A DNA stretch of 64,000 bases from Gammaproteobacteria bacterium (lineage in GTDB: Bacteria; Pseudomonadota; Gammaproteobacteria; UBA4575): positions 992,001-1,056,000 of the forward strand of contig CBDEUS010000001.1 in assembly GCA_965243395.1 (NCBI GenBank), written 5' to 3'. The translations under genes were made by a program, and so were the position numbers. Position 1 is the stretch's first letter. Each line of letters starts with the position of its first letter. The notes under the pieces are model-generated. The model was not told the origin of the DNA, ran no database searches, and saw nothing but the letters and a program-made list of their open reading frames with translations. Shown in pieces: positions 1-11,123 of the stretch.

Positions 1-651
1 TACCGCATTTCCCTCCATATACACATAGGCTTCACCAGCTTTAAGTTGTTCATAACCTTGAGAAATACCATGTGGCACATGTAACAGATGTTCATAACTT
101 CCATCGGCATGCAAATGTGTTGATAGTATTCCGGGCTCTTTTGAGGCTTCCAACACTACTGCTCCTGCACCATCACCAAACAACACACACGTACTACGAT
201 CATTCCAATCCAAAATTCGCGATAGAGTTTCAGAACCAACCACTAACGCGCATTTTGCACTTCCTGTTTTAATAAAGTTGTCTGCAATTGCTAAGGCATA
301 AACAAATCCAGTGCAGACTGCCTGCACATCAAATGCCGCGCATCCATGGATATCTAATCGTTTTTGTAGCAAACAAGCAGTACTTGGGAAAATTTTGTCA
401 GCCGTTGTCGTTGCCATAATGATTAAATCAATATCAGCATTGGTTTTATTTGCCATTTCCAATGCTCGTCTTGATGCATTGACTGCTAAATCACATGTGG
501 TTTCTCCATCTGCAGCAATGTGACGCTGCTTAATTCCCGTGCGACCCTGAATCCATTCATCTGAAGTTTCAACGATCTTTTCCAGATCTTTATTTGTTAA
601 AATTTTTTCTGGCAGATAACTACCTGTACCGATAATTTTTGAGTATTTCAT
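1..651 (-). CDS. fabH: 3-oxoacyl-ACP synthase III (5' part; runs off the window start)
   Basis: Not in the ORF track. Manual translation from ATG at 651: [20 protein letters not shown]...ETSDEWI..RTGI...[10 protein letters not shown] (catalytic Cys)...LFGDGAGA...MEGNAV; lies directly downstream of plsX. Confidence 0.96.
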   Translation of the reverse strand, partial: MKYSKIIGTGSYLPEKILTNKDLEKIVETSDEWIQGRTGIKQRHIAADGETTCDLAVNASRRALEMANKTNADIDLIIMATTTADKIFPSTACLLQKRLDIHGCAAFDVQAVCTGFVYALAIADNFIKTGSAKCALVVGSETLSRILDWNDRSTCVLFGDGAGAVVLEASKEPGILSTHLHADGSYEHLLHVPHGISQGYEQLKAGEAYVYMEGNAV

Positions 652-653
652 GT

Positions 654-1679
654 TTATGCTGCTACTTCTTGATTTAAATACTCTTCTATATGTGCTTCAA
701 TTTTCTTAGGTACTTGTTGATTAGCTTCAATACGTGCAATTTCTATCGCATTCTTGAAAGAGAATGCATCGGCTCCACCGTGGCTTTTTATCACAACACC
801 GCGCAAGCCTAACAAACTAGCGCCATTATAGCGCCTTGGATCAATACGTGTTTTGAATGCTTTTAGCACTGGCATGGCAAATAAACCACATAACTTAGTA
901 AAAATATTACGCGTGAATTCTTCTTTTGCATAATGCGCAACTATTTTAGCTACCCCTTCACTTGTTTTAAGCGAAACATTGCCTACAAACCCATCACAAA
1001 CCACAACTTCTACATCTCCACAATAAATGTCATCCCCTTCTACATAGCCAATGTAATTTAGATCGCTTTTTCTCAACACCTCATGTGCCTCTTTAACCTG
1101 TTCATTGCCTTTAATCTCTTCTTCGCCAATATTAAGCAAACCTACCTTTGGTTTGTCGATGTTATCTACGGCTGAGGCAAGCACGGTACCCATTACTGCA
1201 AACTGAAGTAAATGTTGACTGCTGCAACCAACATTAGCACCAAGATCCAGCATATAAGTTGTACCATGCATCGAAGGCATTAAACTTGTTATAGCAGGAC
1301 GATCAATTCCTGGTAAAGTTTTCAAAACATAGCGTGCTGTGGCCATTAATGCACCTGTGTTTCCTGCGCTTACTGCTGCATCAGCAGTACCTTCCTTAAC
1401 CAGATTAATTGCCACACGCATGGAAGAATCTTTTTTATTCCGCAATGCTTGAGATGGAGGTTCATCCATCTCAACCTTTTGACTGGCATGCTGTACTCTT
1501 AAACGTTCATAAGGTTTTATATTGAGCCTATTGAGCTCATTGGTGATAACTTCTTGATCACCTACTAGGATAAGTGCGAGATCTTGATGTTCTTCGAGGA
1601 ACTCAACTGCAGCCTTGGCAACTACAGCTACACCAAAATCACCACCCATTGCATCAAGTGAGATGGTTAAATCAGTCAC
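654..1679 (-). CDS. plsX: Phosphate acyltransferase PlsX
   Basis: [23 protein letters not shown] motifs; rpmF-plsX-fabH order. Confidence 0.97.
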   Translation of the reverse strand: MTDLTISLDAMGGDFGVAVVAKAAVEFLEEHQDLALILVGDQEVITNELNRLNIKPYERLRVQHASQKVEMDEPPSQALRNKKDSSMRVAINLVKEGTADAAVSAGNTGALMATARYVLKTLPGIDRPAITSLMPSMHGTTYMLDLGANVGCSSQHLLQFAVMGTVLASAVDNIDKPKVGLLNIGEEEIKGNEQVKEAHEVLRKSDLNYIGYVEGDDIYCGDVEVVVCDGFVGNVSLKTSEGVAKIVAHYAKEEFTRNIFTKLCGLFAMPVLKAFKTRIDPRRYNGASLLGLRGVVIKSHGGADAFSFKNAIEIARIEANQQVPKKIEAHIEEYLNQEVAA

Positions 1680-1785
1680 TTTAGGGTTCAGTTATTTGCT
1701 ATGAATAAGATGTATCTTGACAGATTATAATGTGGTGCGAGAAAACGTTAAATGGCACAGACCATAAGATGCGGTACGAGTAGTG

Positions 1786-1983
1786 CTACTCTTCCTCATC
1801 CTCGTATTCATCTGGTATCTCGATAACTTGTCGACCACGATAATATCCATCAGGTGTGACATGATGACGCAAGTGTGTTTCACCCGTTGTTGCATCAATC
1901 GATAAAGCGGCTGCAGATAAGCTATCATGCGATCTACGCATATCCCTTTTCGATCGTGTTTTCTTGCTCTTTTGTACCGCCAT
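1786..1983 (-). CDS. rpmF: 50S ribosomal protein L32 (Cys-free form, acidic tail)
   Basis: [19 protein letters not shown]...HLRHHV...GYYRGR. Confidence 0.97.
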   Translation of the reverse strand: MAVQKSKKTRSKRDMRRSHDSLSAAALSIDATTGETHLRHHVTPDGYYRGRQVIEIPDEYEDEEE

Positions 1984-2001
1984 TTTGATTCTCCGTGCTG
2001 T

Positions 2002-2544
2002 TTAGCGCTTTAGTATAGCAAAAGGATTATCTGCCTTTTCCGCTGGACTCTCTATTTGCTCCTCAACTGAGGCGAGCCAAGCTACCATATCTTGGTTACA
2101 TAATGAAATATCCTCATGTTTAGGCACCAAAGGCAATGTGAGTAGCAGCTCCTCCTCTATTAAGTCTGATAACTCCAAGGTTTTACCATCGTATTCATGA
2201 AAATCAGGGCTATCCTCCACGCTCTCACTATCATCAGGCAATTTCTCAGATTCTGGCTTTATCAGGATATGAATATCCGGATTGAGACTAATTTTCATTT
2301 GCTCCAAGCATCTTTCACATTTTGTAGAAACTATAGTATGAGCATTGCCTATCGCCAGTGGATATCCATACAATCCTCTACTGAACTGAAGTTTGACAGT
2401 CACCATGGATTCCAGGCTTATTACATTTGCCTGCAATCGTTTCATTGCCTTCGCGGCTACTAATCCATGCAATTCGGTAGAATGATCCGCAAAGTTTTGC
2501 GGGTCAAAACGGATCGGCAGTAACTCTAGATCTGATTTAGGCAT
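2002..2544 (-). CDS. yceD: YceD/DUF177 protein
   Basis: CERCL, LIEEELLLTLP, C-terminal NPFAIL; upstream of rpmF. Confidence 0.92.
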   Translation of the reverse strand: MPKSDLELLPIRFDPQNFADHSTELHGLVAAKAMKRLQANVISLESMVTVKLQFSRGLYGYPLAIGNAHTIVSTKCERCLEQMKISLNPDIHILIKPESEKLPDDSESVEDSPDFHEYDGKTLELSDLIEEELLLTLPLVPKHEDISLCNQDMVAWLASVEEQIESPAEKADNPFAILKR

Positions 2545-2632
2545 GCCTTAGATACTCCTTAAGTTTGAGTATACAAAAGAACCTCGGCTGCTTCATTATT
2601 ACTCTATTCATCATATTTACGGGTTCAATTTT

Positions 2633-3223
2633 ATGAACATAATTTTAGCTTCCGGTTCAGCTTATAGGAAAAATTTACTTAAGAAACTCATCACAGAATT
2701 TGAATGCATTGCGCCAAATATCGATGAATCAATCCATTCAAATGAACCCGCTGCAAACTATGTGAAGCGTCTTGCACTCGAAAAAGCTTTAGCGGTATCT
2801 GATGTCATAAGTGATAAGCAAAGACCTGCTTTAATCATTGGCTCAGATCAGTGTGCCGTACTAAATAATGAAATTATCAGCAAACCTGGTTCGCCAGAAG
2901 CAGCATTTTTGCAACTTCAGACTTCTAGTGGTAAGACTGTTACGTTTTATACTGGACTTTGTGTAGCCAACACCAAAACAAATTTTCAACAAGTAAGTTA
3001 CGAAACATATCAAGTAACATTTCGCAATTTAGATGATCGGCAAATAAACACTTATCTTGAAAAAGAACAGCCTTATGATTGCGCCGGAAGTTTTAAAGCT
3101 GAAGGTTTAGGAATTGCGTTGTTTGAAAAAATGCAAGGCGATGACCCGAACACACTTATAGGGCTGCCGTTAATAAAATTATCGTCAATGCTGCATTCAG
3201 AAGGCTATGACGTGTTAACGTAA
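2633..3223 (+). CDS. maf: Maf family nucleotide pyrophosphatase (YceF-like)
   Basis: ILASGSAYR, GSDQ, KPG, CAGSFKAEG, LIGLPL. Confidence 0.93.
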   Translation: MNIILASGSAYRKNLLKKLITEFECIAPNIDESIHSNEPAANYVKRLALEKALAVSDVISDKQRPALIIGSDQCAVLNNEIISKPGSPEAAFLQLQTSSGKTVTFYTGLCVANTKTNFQQVSYETYQVTFRNLDDRQINTYLEKEQPYDCAGSFKAEGLGIALFEKMQGDDPNTLIGLPLIKLSSMLHSEGYDVLT

Positions 3224-4189
3224 CACCGGATAATTTAAAACTTGTTCGATTGGCTTCATCATTGCAGTACCCAACTGTTTTGCAAATCGCTGGAATACAT
3301 CTTCGCGGAAAGTGTAATCTTGAATTTCCTCTACCCCAACCACTTCTCTTGCGACATAACTTGCACTACCAAAACCATCTACTAATCCAAGCTCTAAAGC
3401 TTGTTCACCCGTCCAGAATAAACCGCTGAACATATTCTTATCTTTTGCAAGTTTATCGCCTCTTCCCTCAACGACTACATCAATAAATTGTTGGTGGATT
3501 TCATCTAAAAGCGATTGTACGTGTTGTTTTTCAAATTCATTTTCTGGTTGAAAAGGATCTAAAATTCCTTTGTGTTCACCTGCAGTCATCAATCTTCGTT
3601 CAATGCCAAGTTTCTCCATAGCGTCAACGAACCCAAACCCATCCATACGCACACCGATTGATCCCACAATACTTGCTTTATCTGCATAAATTTTATCGGC
3701 TGCAACAGCAGCAAATACACCACCTGATGCGCAAATATCCGTTACTACTGCATAGATAGGTTTGTCTTCATGAATTTCCCGCAAGCGTTTAATTTCGCGA
3801 TTAATATAATTGGCTTGAACTGGGCTGCCCCCAGGGCTATTGATTCTTAAAATTACAGCCGCAGAATTATTATTTTCAAACGCTGCACGTAAACCTGATA
3901 CAACATTATCAGCGCTGGCTTCTTCTCCATCTGCAATGACACCAGCAAGCTCTACCAACGCGGTATGTTGCACTCCCTTGCTTAAACTGGAAAAGTGAGG
4001 TGCAAACAAGCTGATCAAAAATAAACTCACATAAGCGAAACCCAATAACTTAAAAAACACACCCCAACGACGTGCACGTCTTTGTTCTTTAAGGCCAGCA
4101 TTGGCTAAATTGATAATGGCCTCGCGCTCCCAGCCTGAGCTTGAACGATCTTCGCTTGTAATTTTGCCTATATTAATTTTTGGTTCCAT
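3215..4189 (-). CDS. sppA: S49 family peptidase (SppA-like)
   Basis: INSPGGSP, CASGG, VGSIGV motifs; N-terminal TM segment. Confidence 0.9.
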   Translation of the reverse strand: MEPKINIGKITSEDRSSSGWEREAIINLANAGLKEQRRARRWGVFFKLLGFAYVSLFLISLFAPHFSSLSKGVQHTALVELAGVIADGEEASADNVVSGLRAAFENNNSAAVILRINSPGGSPVQANYINREIKRLREIHEDKPIYAVVTDICASGGVFAAVAADKIYADKASIVGSIGVRMDGFGFVDAMEKLGIERRLMTAGEHKGILDPFQPENEFEKQHVQSLLDEIHQQFIDVVVEGRGDKLAKDKNMFSGLFWTGEQALELGLVDGFGSASYVAREVVGVEEIQDYTFREDVFQRFAKQLGTAMMKPIEQVLNYPVLR

Positions 4190-4286
4190 ACTCTTTTATC
4201 ACTCATGAATGTCAATTTTATGCACTTAAATCAATTGATAATCTATGTTTCAGTAAACCCCATCAATAGTGGAAAATCAAATCCAC

Positions 4287-5228
4287 TTACTTGGAAATTT
4301 CACCCTTTCGTTGATCTAGACCCTGGATAAAGGTAGTTAGTTCATCGCTCAAAGGAGCTGTTACTCTATTTGCCCTAGGCATGTCTGATAGTTGAAATGA
4401 AAGCTCTCCAGCATGCAAAAACATTCTTCTCAGGCCCATTTTTTTACACACACGATTAAATGCAAAATCTCCATATTTTGAGTCTCCCACGATTGGAAAT
4501 CCTGACTGTGCGGCATGTATGCGAATTTGGTGAGTTCGCCCCGTTTCAATCTGTGCAGTTAAAAATGTAAAACCATCATAAAACGCTTCAGGTTGAAAAG
4601 TTGTATAAGCTTCTTTCCAGCTATTTTTATTGTCATCAATCTCGAAATCATACCCTTTAGTTTGCAACGGAGTATCTATAATAACCTCGCCCAGGTCCCA
4701 TTCTCCCTTCACCAAAAGCATGTATTTCTTATCAATTTTTTTTGTCCGAAATAATTCATGTAATTCGCTTAAAGTAATTTTATTTTTTGCGATCAATAAA
4801 CATCCGCTGGTTTCCCGATCTAGACGATGTACAAGCTCTAAAAAACCAGCATTTGATCGCAATTCACGTAACACCTCTATTACACCGTAGGCTACTTTAG
4901 ACCCAGGATGTACTGCTAAACCAGCTGGCTTGTTAATCACGATGATGTTTTGATCTTCGTAAAGAACACTGTCATTAATTTGTTGTTTTACAGTCTCGCC
5001 GATTTTCGCAACATGCTTATCTGCCACATCGATTTTCGGAATTTTTATTTCATCATTTTCTTGTAAACGATACGTTTGTTTGACACGTTTACCATTGACA
5101 CGAATTTTGCCCGTTCGCAGCAATCGATAAATTAAACCCTTGGGCACTCCTCTTAATTGTGTAAACAAGTAATTATCAATGCGTTGGCCTTCTCTACCGG
5201 CTAGTACATTTTTAGTCCAACCATTCAT
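4287..5228 (-). CDS. rluC: 23S rRNA pseudouridine synthase RluC
   Basis: S4 domain GQRIDNYL, NKPAGLAVH, HRLDRETSG, TGRTHQIR; divergent from rne. Confidence 0.92.
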   Translation of the reverse strand: MNGWTKNVLAGREGQRIDNYLFTQLRGVPKGLIYRLLRTGKIRVNGKRVKQTYRLQENDEIKIPKIDVADKHVAKIGETVKQQINDSVLYEDQNIIVINKPAGLAVHPGSKVAYGVIEVLRELRSNAGFLELVHRLDRETSGCLLIAKNKITLSELHELFRTKKIDKKYMLLVKGEWDLGEVIIDTPLQTKGYDFEIDDNKNSWKEAYTTFQPEAFYDGFTFLTAQIETGRTHQIRIHAAQSGFPIVGDSKYGDFAFNRVCKKMGLRRMFLHAGELSFQLSDMPRANRVTAPLSDELTTFIQGLDQRKGEISK

Positions 5229-5291
5229 AACGGGACTACGACCTTTGAACTGGTAGGCGAAAATCTCCCATAAAAACGGCTAGTTAAGAAT

Positions 5292-5320
5292 TTGCTGCGC
5301 ATGGCTTGGATTGATATAGT
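5292..5320 (+). promoter_or_regulatory. Candidate sigma70 promoter of rne
   Basis: TTGCTG-17 bp-TATAGT; would give a ~360-nt leader, about the length of the E. coli rne 5' UTR. Confidence 0.5.
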
Positions 5321-5326
5321 TGGTGG

Positions 5327-5689
5327 TGTGCAATTTAGCTATTGTTTAATTTTAGCGCACACTTTGAGAATGCCCTATTAAATCTGGTTTATTACAACGT
5401 TTAGGCCAGTGGAGGATTTCTCTACAGAAGAACATGAATTTCTACACTTTATGGTGATACGCCTATAAAGCGTAAATATAGACGTACTATGTACTATAAC
5501 TAATCATAGTCGCCTCATAACAAAACAGAATGATAAACATCTATACATTATTTCATCTCCTTCGATCATACACCGTCGAATCAGTTAAGTTGGTTGGTTA
5601 TTTCAATACTTTGTATTGTGTCAAGTACTGCGAGGACATTGATAATCCAAGACGGTCGCGGAGGGTAACGACTTTGGACGAAACCAAAC
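5327..5689 (+). promoter_or_regulatory. Long structured rne 5' leader (putative autoregulatory UTR)
   Basis: Non-coding gap with several inverted repeats (gtgtgc/gcacac, tttat-gg..cc-tataaa, actatg/catagt); rne leaders are established autoregulatory elements. Confidence 0.5.
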
Positions 5690-7648
5690 ATGAAAAGAAT
5701 TTTAATCAATGCCACACAGCAAGAAGAGCTTCGTGTTGGCATGGTCGATGGACAACGACTTTACGATCTCGATATCGAACTTCCTTCTCGAAACCAAAAG
5801 AAGGATAACATCTACAAGGGTGTTATCACCCGCATTGAGCCTAGTTTAGAAGCCGCATTCGTTGATTTTGGCTCCGAGCGGCATGGCTTTCTACCATTTA
5901 AGGATATATCCCGAGACTATTTCAATGACTCGGATACTTCCAGTGAGCGTTTTTCTGTTAAAGATCAAATTTCTGAAGGACAGCAAATTGTTGTTCAGGT
6001 AGAGCGAGAAGAACGTGGCACTAAAGGCGCTGCCCTTACTACTTTCATCAGTTTAGCGGGTCGTTATTTAGTATTGATGCCAAATAACCCAAGAGCGGGT
6101 GGTGTTTCGCGCCGTATTGAAGGCGAAGAACGAGAAGAAGTACGCAAAGCGCTCTCAGACTTAGACATGCCAAAAGGCATGGGTGTAATCGTGCGCACTG
6201 CTGGCGTAGGACGCTCCTCTGAAGAATTGCAATGGGATCTTAATTATCTCGAACAAATATATCATGCAATTCAAAATGCGGTTGACACTCATGACAAGCC
6301 GTTCCTTATCTACCAAGAAAGTAACGTAATTATTCGAGCGCTTCGTGACCATCTACGCGATGACATTGGTGAAATCATTATTGATGACACAGAAGTATTC
6401 AATGATGCTAAAAAATTCATTGAGCAAGTCATGCCGCATAACGTTAACAAACTTAAGTTATACGAAGACACGGTACCATTATTTAATCGCTATCAAATTG
6501 AATCACAAATCGAGTCTGCATTTGAACGTGAAGTAAATTTGCCCTCTGGCGGATCAATTGTAATTGATCATACTGAAGCGATGATCGCAATTGACATCAA
6601 TTCTGCAAGAGCAACCAAAGGCAGCGATATTGAAGAAACTGCCACACATACTAACTTAGAAGCTGCAGATGAAATTGCACGTCAACTTCGCATTCGTGAT
6701 TTAGGCGGACTCATTGTTATTGACTTCATTGATATGTTGGCTAACAAAAACCAACGCGAAGTTGAAAACCGTTTGCGTGATGCGCTTAAAATTGATCGTG
6801 CGCGAGTACAAATTGGAAAAATCTCTCGATTTGGTTTACTTGAAATGTCACGTCAAAGATTACGACCCTCGTTGGAAGAGTCTAGCCAGATAGTTTGTCC
6901 TCGTTGCACAGGCCATGGAACGATTCGCAGTATTGAATCATTAGCGCTGGGTGTACTGCGCCTTATTGAAGAAGAGGCTCTTAAAGAAAAAACAGCTACG
7001 GTAACTGCAAAGCTACCGGTTGATGTTACAAGCTTCCTGTTGAACGAAAAGCGTTCCAATATTGGTGAAATTGAAGAAAGACATCGAGTACAAGTCATTA
7101 TTGTTCCCGATCCGAACTTAGAAACTCCTCATTTCAATGTTGAGCGAACTCGTGATGAAGGTAAAGAAGTTGTCAATCAACCTAGTTACGAACTTATCCC
7201 GAAGCAAGAAATGGAAGCCAATTTACATCAGCCTGCGCCTGTTGCGGCAGAACAACCCGCAGTAAAATCTATCAATACATCTTCTCCTGCGCCTAGACCG
7301 CAGCAAGGTACAAAAGCTGTTAAAAAACCTGGATTATTTGCTCGATTTTTTACCTGGATTGCCAATAACGAGGAAGATCAAGCGCCGAAAAAGTCTAATA
7401 AACCACACCGAAGTAGAAATCGTTCACGGAATAATCGTGACAACAATCGTCGCAATCGTTCTGGAGGAAATAATCGTCGCCGCGGCAATAATCAAAATCG
7501 CCGCAGAGGTGACAATACTCGCAGAACCTCCAGTCATCGTAATCGCAATAACGGCAGAAATCATTCAACGTCATCCAAAAATAAAACAAGCGGCACAACG
7601 TCAAATACAAATAAAACATCAGATCGCACTGCGAGCACGAACCCATAG
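5690..7648 (+). CDS. rne: Ribonuclease E (short C-terminal scaffold)
   Basis: [23 protein letters not shown] zinc link, membrane-targeting helix [12 protein letters not shown], Arg/Asn-rich tail. Confidence 0.97.
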   Translation: MKRILINATQQEELRVGMVDGQRLYDLDIELPSRNQKKDNIYKGVITRIEPSLEAAFVDFGSERHGFLPFKDISRDYFNDSDTSSERFSVKDQISEGQQIVVQVEREERGTKGAALTTFISLAGRYLVLMPNNPRAGGVSRRIEGEEREEVRKALSDLDMPKGMGVIVRTAGVGRSSEELQWDLNYLEQIYHAIQNAVDTHDKPFLIYQESNVIIRALRDHLRDDIGEIIIDDTEVFNDAKKFIEQVMPHNVNKLKLYEDTVPLFNRYQIESQIESAFEREVNLPSGGSIVIDHTEAMIAIDINSARATKGSDIEETATHTNLEAADEIARQLRIRDLGGLIVIDFIDMLANKNQREVENRLRDALKIDRARVQIGKISRFGLLEMSRQRLRPSLEESSQIVCPRCTGHGTIRSIESLALGVLRLIEEEALKEKTATVTAKLPVDVTSFLLNEKRSNIGEIEERHRVQVIIVPDPNLETPHFNVERTRDEGKEVVNQPSYELIPKQEMEANLHQPAPVAAEQPAVKSINTSSPAPRPQQGTKAVKKPGLFARFFTWIANNEEDQAPKKSNKPHRSRNRSRNNRDNNRRNRSGGNNRRRGNNQNRRRGDNTRRTSSHRNRNNGRNHSTSSKNKTSGTTSNTNKTSDRTASTNP

Positions 7649-7697
7649 TTTAGATCTTGATCTCGCATTTAACCGGGTTGCTAGAAGAGCGATCTCG

Positions 7698-8180
7698 CTA
7701 GAAGTGCTCTTTTTTTATATGTGCAAGTAGGCCTTTGCTTGCTTTTTCTACTAAGTCCAACACCGTTTCAAATCCTTTTAAACCGCCATAATAAGGATCA
7801 GGCACATCTAATGTTGGTCTATTTGTTGAAGTGTATTCTAAAAAATATTTGATTTTATCTTGATGTTCTTTCGGACATTGTTCGATTAGATGCATATGAT
7901 TTTCAGAGTCCATTACTAGCACATAATCAAATTTTTCAAAATCAGCATCCTTAACTTTACGTGCACGCAATTTTGACAAATCATAGCCACGTTTAGTTGC
8001 AGCATCTATTGCACGTGCATCTGGTTTTTTGCCAGCATGATATGCATGCGTGCCTGCTGAATCTACAACAATTTTTTTATCTAAACCATCCTTGTTTACT
8101 AAGTTTTGAAAAACCCCTTGAGCAGTCGGAGAACGACATATGTTACCCATACAAACAAAAAGTACACTAAAAGTTTTCAA
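7698..8180 (-). CDS. Low-molecular-weight protein-tyrosine phosphatase
   Basis: VCMGNICRSP P-loop, DSAGT, DVPDPYYG. Confidence 0.95.
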   Translation of the reverse strand: MKTFSVLFVCMGNICRSPTAQGVFQNLVNKDGLDKKIVVDSAGTHAYHAGKKPDARAIDAATKRGYDLSKLRARKVKDADFEKFDYVLVMDSENHMHLIEQCPKEHQDKIKYFLEYTSTNRPTLDVPDPYYGGLKGFETVLDLVEKASKGLLAHIKKEHF

Positions 8181-8187
8181 GATTTGT

Positions 8188-8430
8188 TTAGCTTTGCTCT
8201 TTGCTCAATAAAGCTTTAACCATTATGCGGCCACACGTTAAGCCCAAGAACCATGTAAAGGCTATTTTCCACGCTTCTCCGCTTTTAAATGCTAAGGCAT
8301 TTTCATAGTACTGAGTAATTTCGGCTGCTGGTATATTTCTAAAATACATACGATCAAGCGGTACCAATGCAAATGAGATAAATAATGCAACAAGTAACAA
8401 TATAATATGTATTAAGACTAAGCGGCGCAT
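8188..8430 (-). CDS. Small hypothetical membrane protein (2 TM)
   Basis: 80-aa ORF exactly filling the gap between pyrC and the PTP gene; two hydrophobic segments. Confidence 0.65.
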   Translation of the reverse strand: MRRLVLIHIILLLVALFISFALVPLDRMYFRNIPAAEITQYYENALAFKSGEAWKIAFTWFLGLTCGRIMVKALLSKEQS

Positions 8431-8436
8431 ACTTAA

Positions 8437-9783
8437 TTATCGATTAAACTGTAGCGCTTCACCGTAAAATGGAAAATTGGCAACCCTATTATCTTCATAG
8501 ACAACTTGCCCATTAAGAATAGTTTTATCAATCGTTGATTTGAATTGATATCCTTCAAAAGGAGACCAACCACACTTATAAAGTACATCTTCATTCTTTA
8601 CAGAAAATGGCTTATTGAAATCAATAATAGCAAGATCAGCATAGTAGCCTTCACGCACGAATCCTCTGTCTTTTACAGAAAACAGCTTAGCCACATTATG
8701 GCTAGTCTTTTCAACAAGTTTTTCTATAGTTAGCACATCATTTTGGACATGCTCTAAAGCACTCAACAATGCATGTTGTACAAGAGGTAAACCTGCGGGC
8801 GCTGTCATATAGTTGCCTTGTTTTTCTTCCCACGTGTGTGGAGCATGGTCTGTGGCAATTATATCAATGCGATCTTCTGTAACAGCTTTTAATAATCCTA
8901 AGCGGTCTTGTTCCGTTTTTATTGCCGGATTGCATTTGATCAATGAACCTTTCTCCGCATAATCTTTATCGCTAAAAAATAAGTGATGAACACAAACTTC
9001 TGCAGTAATATTTTTTTGTTCTACATCACCAGTAGTAAACAACTCCATTTCCTTAGCTGTTGTTAAATGCAGCACATGTAGCTTTGTATTATGTTTTTTT
9101 GCCAATTCAACAGCTTTAGATGATGACAGATAACATGCTTCGTCTGAGCGAATGATGGGGTGATATTCAATCGGTATATCATCACCATATTCTTGTTGAT
9201 ATTTTTTTAAGTTTTCATTAATCAGAGGTGAATCTTCGCAGTGAGTGATTATTGGAACGGGAGCGTGCTTAAAAATTCCATCTAATACGTCATAATCATC
9301 CACTAACATATTGCCATAAGATGCGCCCATGAAAACTTTAATCCCGCATGCAAGGTTTACTGGAACTTGCTTGAGCACTTCAAGATTATCGTTACTAGCG
9401 CCCATATAAAAAGCATAATTTGCTCGTGCACGCTGATTTGCAGCAGCATATTTTTGCTCTAACAGTTCAATGGTTAAGGTAGGTGGTTTAACGTTAGGCA
9501 TATCCATGAAACTGGTAATGCCTCCAGCTATAGCCGCGAGAGATTCAGTTGCGATATCCCCTTTATGAGTTAACCCAGGCTCTCTGAAGTGAACTTGGTC
9601 GTCTATCATGCCAGGAATTACATACTTTCCTTCAACATCGACTACTCGTTTGGCCTGTTCATGTTGTAAGTCAGACGCAATTTTCTTAATGCGCTGGTTA
9701 CTTATCAGAATATCGCATTCTTTGATCTCAGCCTCATTTACGAGCCTGCAGTTTGTGATTAAAAGATCATGCATAACTAACAC
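8437..9783 (-). CDS. pyrC: Dihydroorotase (long form); start may be ATG 9774
   Basis: DDQVHFREPG, MPN, HCED, HVLHL, KCNP, ATDHAPH. Confidence 0.92.
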   Translation of the reverse strand: MLVMHDLLITNCRLVNEAEIKECDILISNQRIKKIASDLQHEQAKRVVDVEGKYVIPGMIDDQVHFREPGLTHKGDIATESLAAIAGGITSFMDMPNVKPPTLTIELLEQKYAAANQRARANYAFYMGASNDNLEVLKQVPVNLACGIKVFMGASYGNMLVDDYDVLDGIFKHAPVPIITHCEDSPLINENLKKYQQEYGDDIPIEYHPIIRSDEACYLSSSKAVELAKKHNTKLHVLHLTTAKEMELFTTGDVEQKNITAEVCVHHLFFSDKDYAEKGSLIKCNPAIKTEQDRLGLLKAVTEDRIDIIATDHAPHTWEEKQGNYMTAPAGLPLVQHALLSALEHVQNDVLTIEKLVEKTSHNVAKLFSVKDRGFVREGYYADLAIIDFNKPFSVKNEDVLYKCGWSPFEGYQFKSTIDKTILNGQVVYEDNRVANFPFYGEALQFNR

Positions 9784-9862
9784 TTATCACTTTAAATATA
9801 CTCTTTAAATTGTTGTTTTAATTAAAATATAAATGAATATCTGGGCTTTATTTCGACAAAAA

Positions 9863-9906
9863 CGTGATGCACATCACAATATGTGTAGGCCTATTTTAGG
9901 TAGGGT
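9863..9906 (+). promoter_or_regulatory. CRP/FNR-family box with class II -10 element
   Basis: aaaaCGTGA-tgcaca-TCACAat (9863-9878), then TAGGGT (9901-9906) 22 nt downstream. Confidence 0.65.
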
Positions 9907-9953
9907 ATTCCTATAAATAATAACACCGTTAATAGTTGTTTTTAGGGATCCAA

Positions 9954-10175
9954 ATGCACGAAATTAACCCATTGGAAAGGCGCAACCATAACGATCGCCG
10001 CACTTCTATGCAAGCTGCACAATTTCCGATCATCACCCGAAATGGTGTATGTGTGAGAGCTGATCGTCGTCGCCTACCGGATCGACGTGTCGCAAAAATT
10101 CAGGTCGATGAAGCTCACGTGCGTGATGAAGTATTTGATACATTATTTAAAGACGATCCTAATCAGTCCCCATAA
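9954..10175 (+). CDS. Arg-rich microprotein (ERR/DRR motifs), paralog A
   Basis: ATG 9954 after agggat; similar to 11124..11348. Confidence 0.7.
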   Translation: MHEINPLERRNHNDRRTSMQAAQFPIITRNGVCVRADRRRLPDRRVAKIQVDEAHVRDEVFDTLFKDDPNQSP

Positions 10176-10209
10176 AAGTCTAATATAGGCTTGATATAAT
10201 TACGCTGAA

Positions 10210-11118
10210 ATGAACCGGCGTAAATTTCTATATTCAACTGCTGCAAGCACTGCTCTATTTACCCTGCCCGTTTTTGGCTCGCAAAGTTCTAATATTCTGA
10301 CACGAAGCATTCCTTCCAGTAATGAAAAAATACCATGTGTAGGCATGGGTACATGGATAACTTTTGATGTCAGCGTAAAAGAATCCAACATTGATAATCG
10401 TACTGAAATTTTAAAACGCTTTTTTGCAAATGGCGGAGGAATGATTGATTCCTCCCCGATGTACGGATCAGCTCAAGCCGTTCTAGGTAAATGTTTCCAG
10501 AAATTAGCGCCTCCTGAATCACTTTTCTCCGCAACAAAAGTCTGGACACCTGGAGAGTGGCTTGGTACCCAACAGATGGAAGCTTCTCAAGAGCTTTGGG
10601 GCTTAAATCAATTTGATTTGATGCAAATACACAATTTACTGGACTGGAAAGTTCATTTAAGAACACTACGTGAGTGGAAAGACGCTGGACGTATTCGTTA
10701 TCTGGGTGTTACCACGTCTCATGGCCGTAGGCATGAAGAATTAATAAAAATTATGAAAACTGAGCCACTGGATTTTGTTCAGTTTACGCACAATATTACT
10801 CACACAGAGGCTGAAAAAGTTTTGTTGCCGCTAGCCGCAGACAAAGGAATTGCTGTGATAATTAATCGTCCATTTGACGGAGGAAGGCTGTTTAACAGTG
10901 TTGAAAATCAAGCTTTACCTGGCTGGGCAAAGGACATTAATTGCAATAATTGGGCTCAATTCTTTTTGAAATTTATTCTTTCACACCCAGCTGCAACGGT
11001 TGCAATTCCTGCAACCTCAAAAACGGATCATATGGATGAAAATATGGGAGCACTTAGAGGGGCTTTACCTAATGCTTCCATGCGAAAAAAAATGCAAGAG
11101 TACTATCTATCAGTCTAA
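10210..11118 (+). CDS. Aldo/keto reductase with twin-arginine signal
   Basis: MNRRKFL; GMGTW, DSSPMYG, ATKV, DLMQIHN, IPATS. Confidence 0.9.
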   Translation: MNRRKFLYSTAASTALFTLPVFGSQSSNILTRSIPSSNEKIPCVGMGTWITFDVSVKESNIDNRTEILKRFFANGGGMIDSSPMYGSAQAVLGKCFQKLAPPESLFSATKVWTPGEWLGTQQMEASQELWGLNQFDLMQIHNLLDWKVHLRTLREWKDAGRIRYLGVTTSHGRRHEELIKIMKTEPLDFVQFTHNITHTEAEKVLLPLAADKGIAVIINRPFDGGRLFNSVENQALPGWAKDINCNNWAQFFLKFILSHPAATVAIPATSKTDHMDENMGALRGALPNASMRKKMQEYYLSV

Positions 11119-11123
11119 ATTAT

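Noticed and set aside
4190-4286. Remnant of the HAD phosphatase often found between rluC and the S49 gene
   Set aside because: Only a few codons loosely resemble LIFDWDG; indistinguishable from chance
5530-5808. 92-aa ORF overlapping the rne start, and 7338..7730 over the rne tail
   Set aside because: Alternative-frame ORFs over the leader and the low-complexity tail; no motifs
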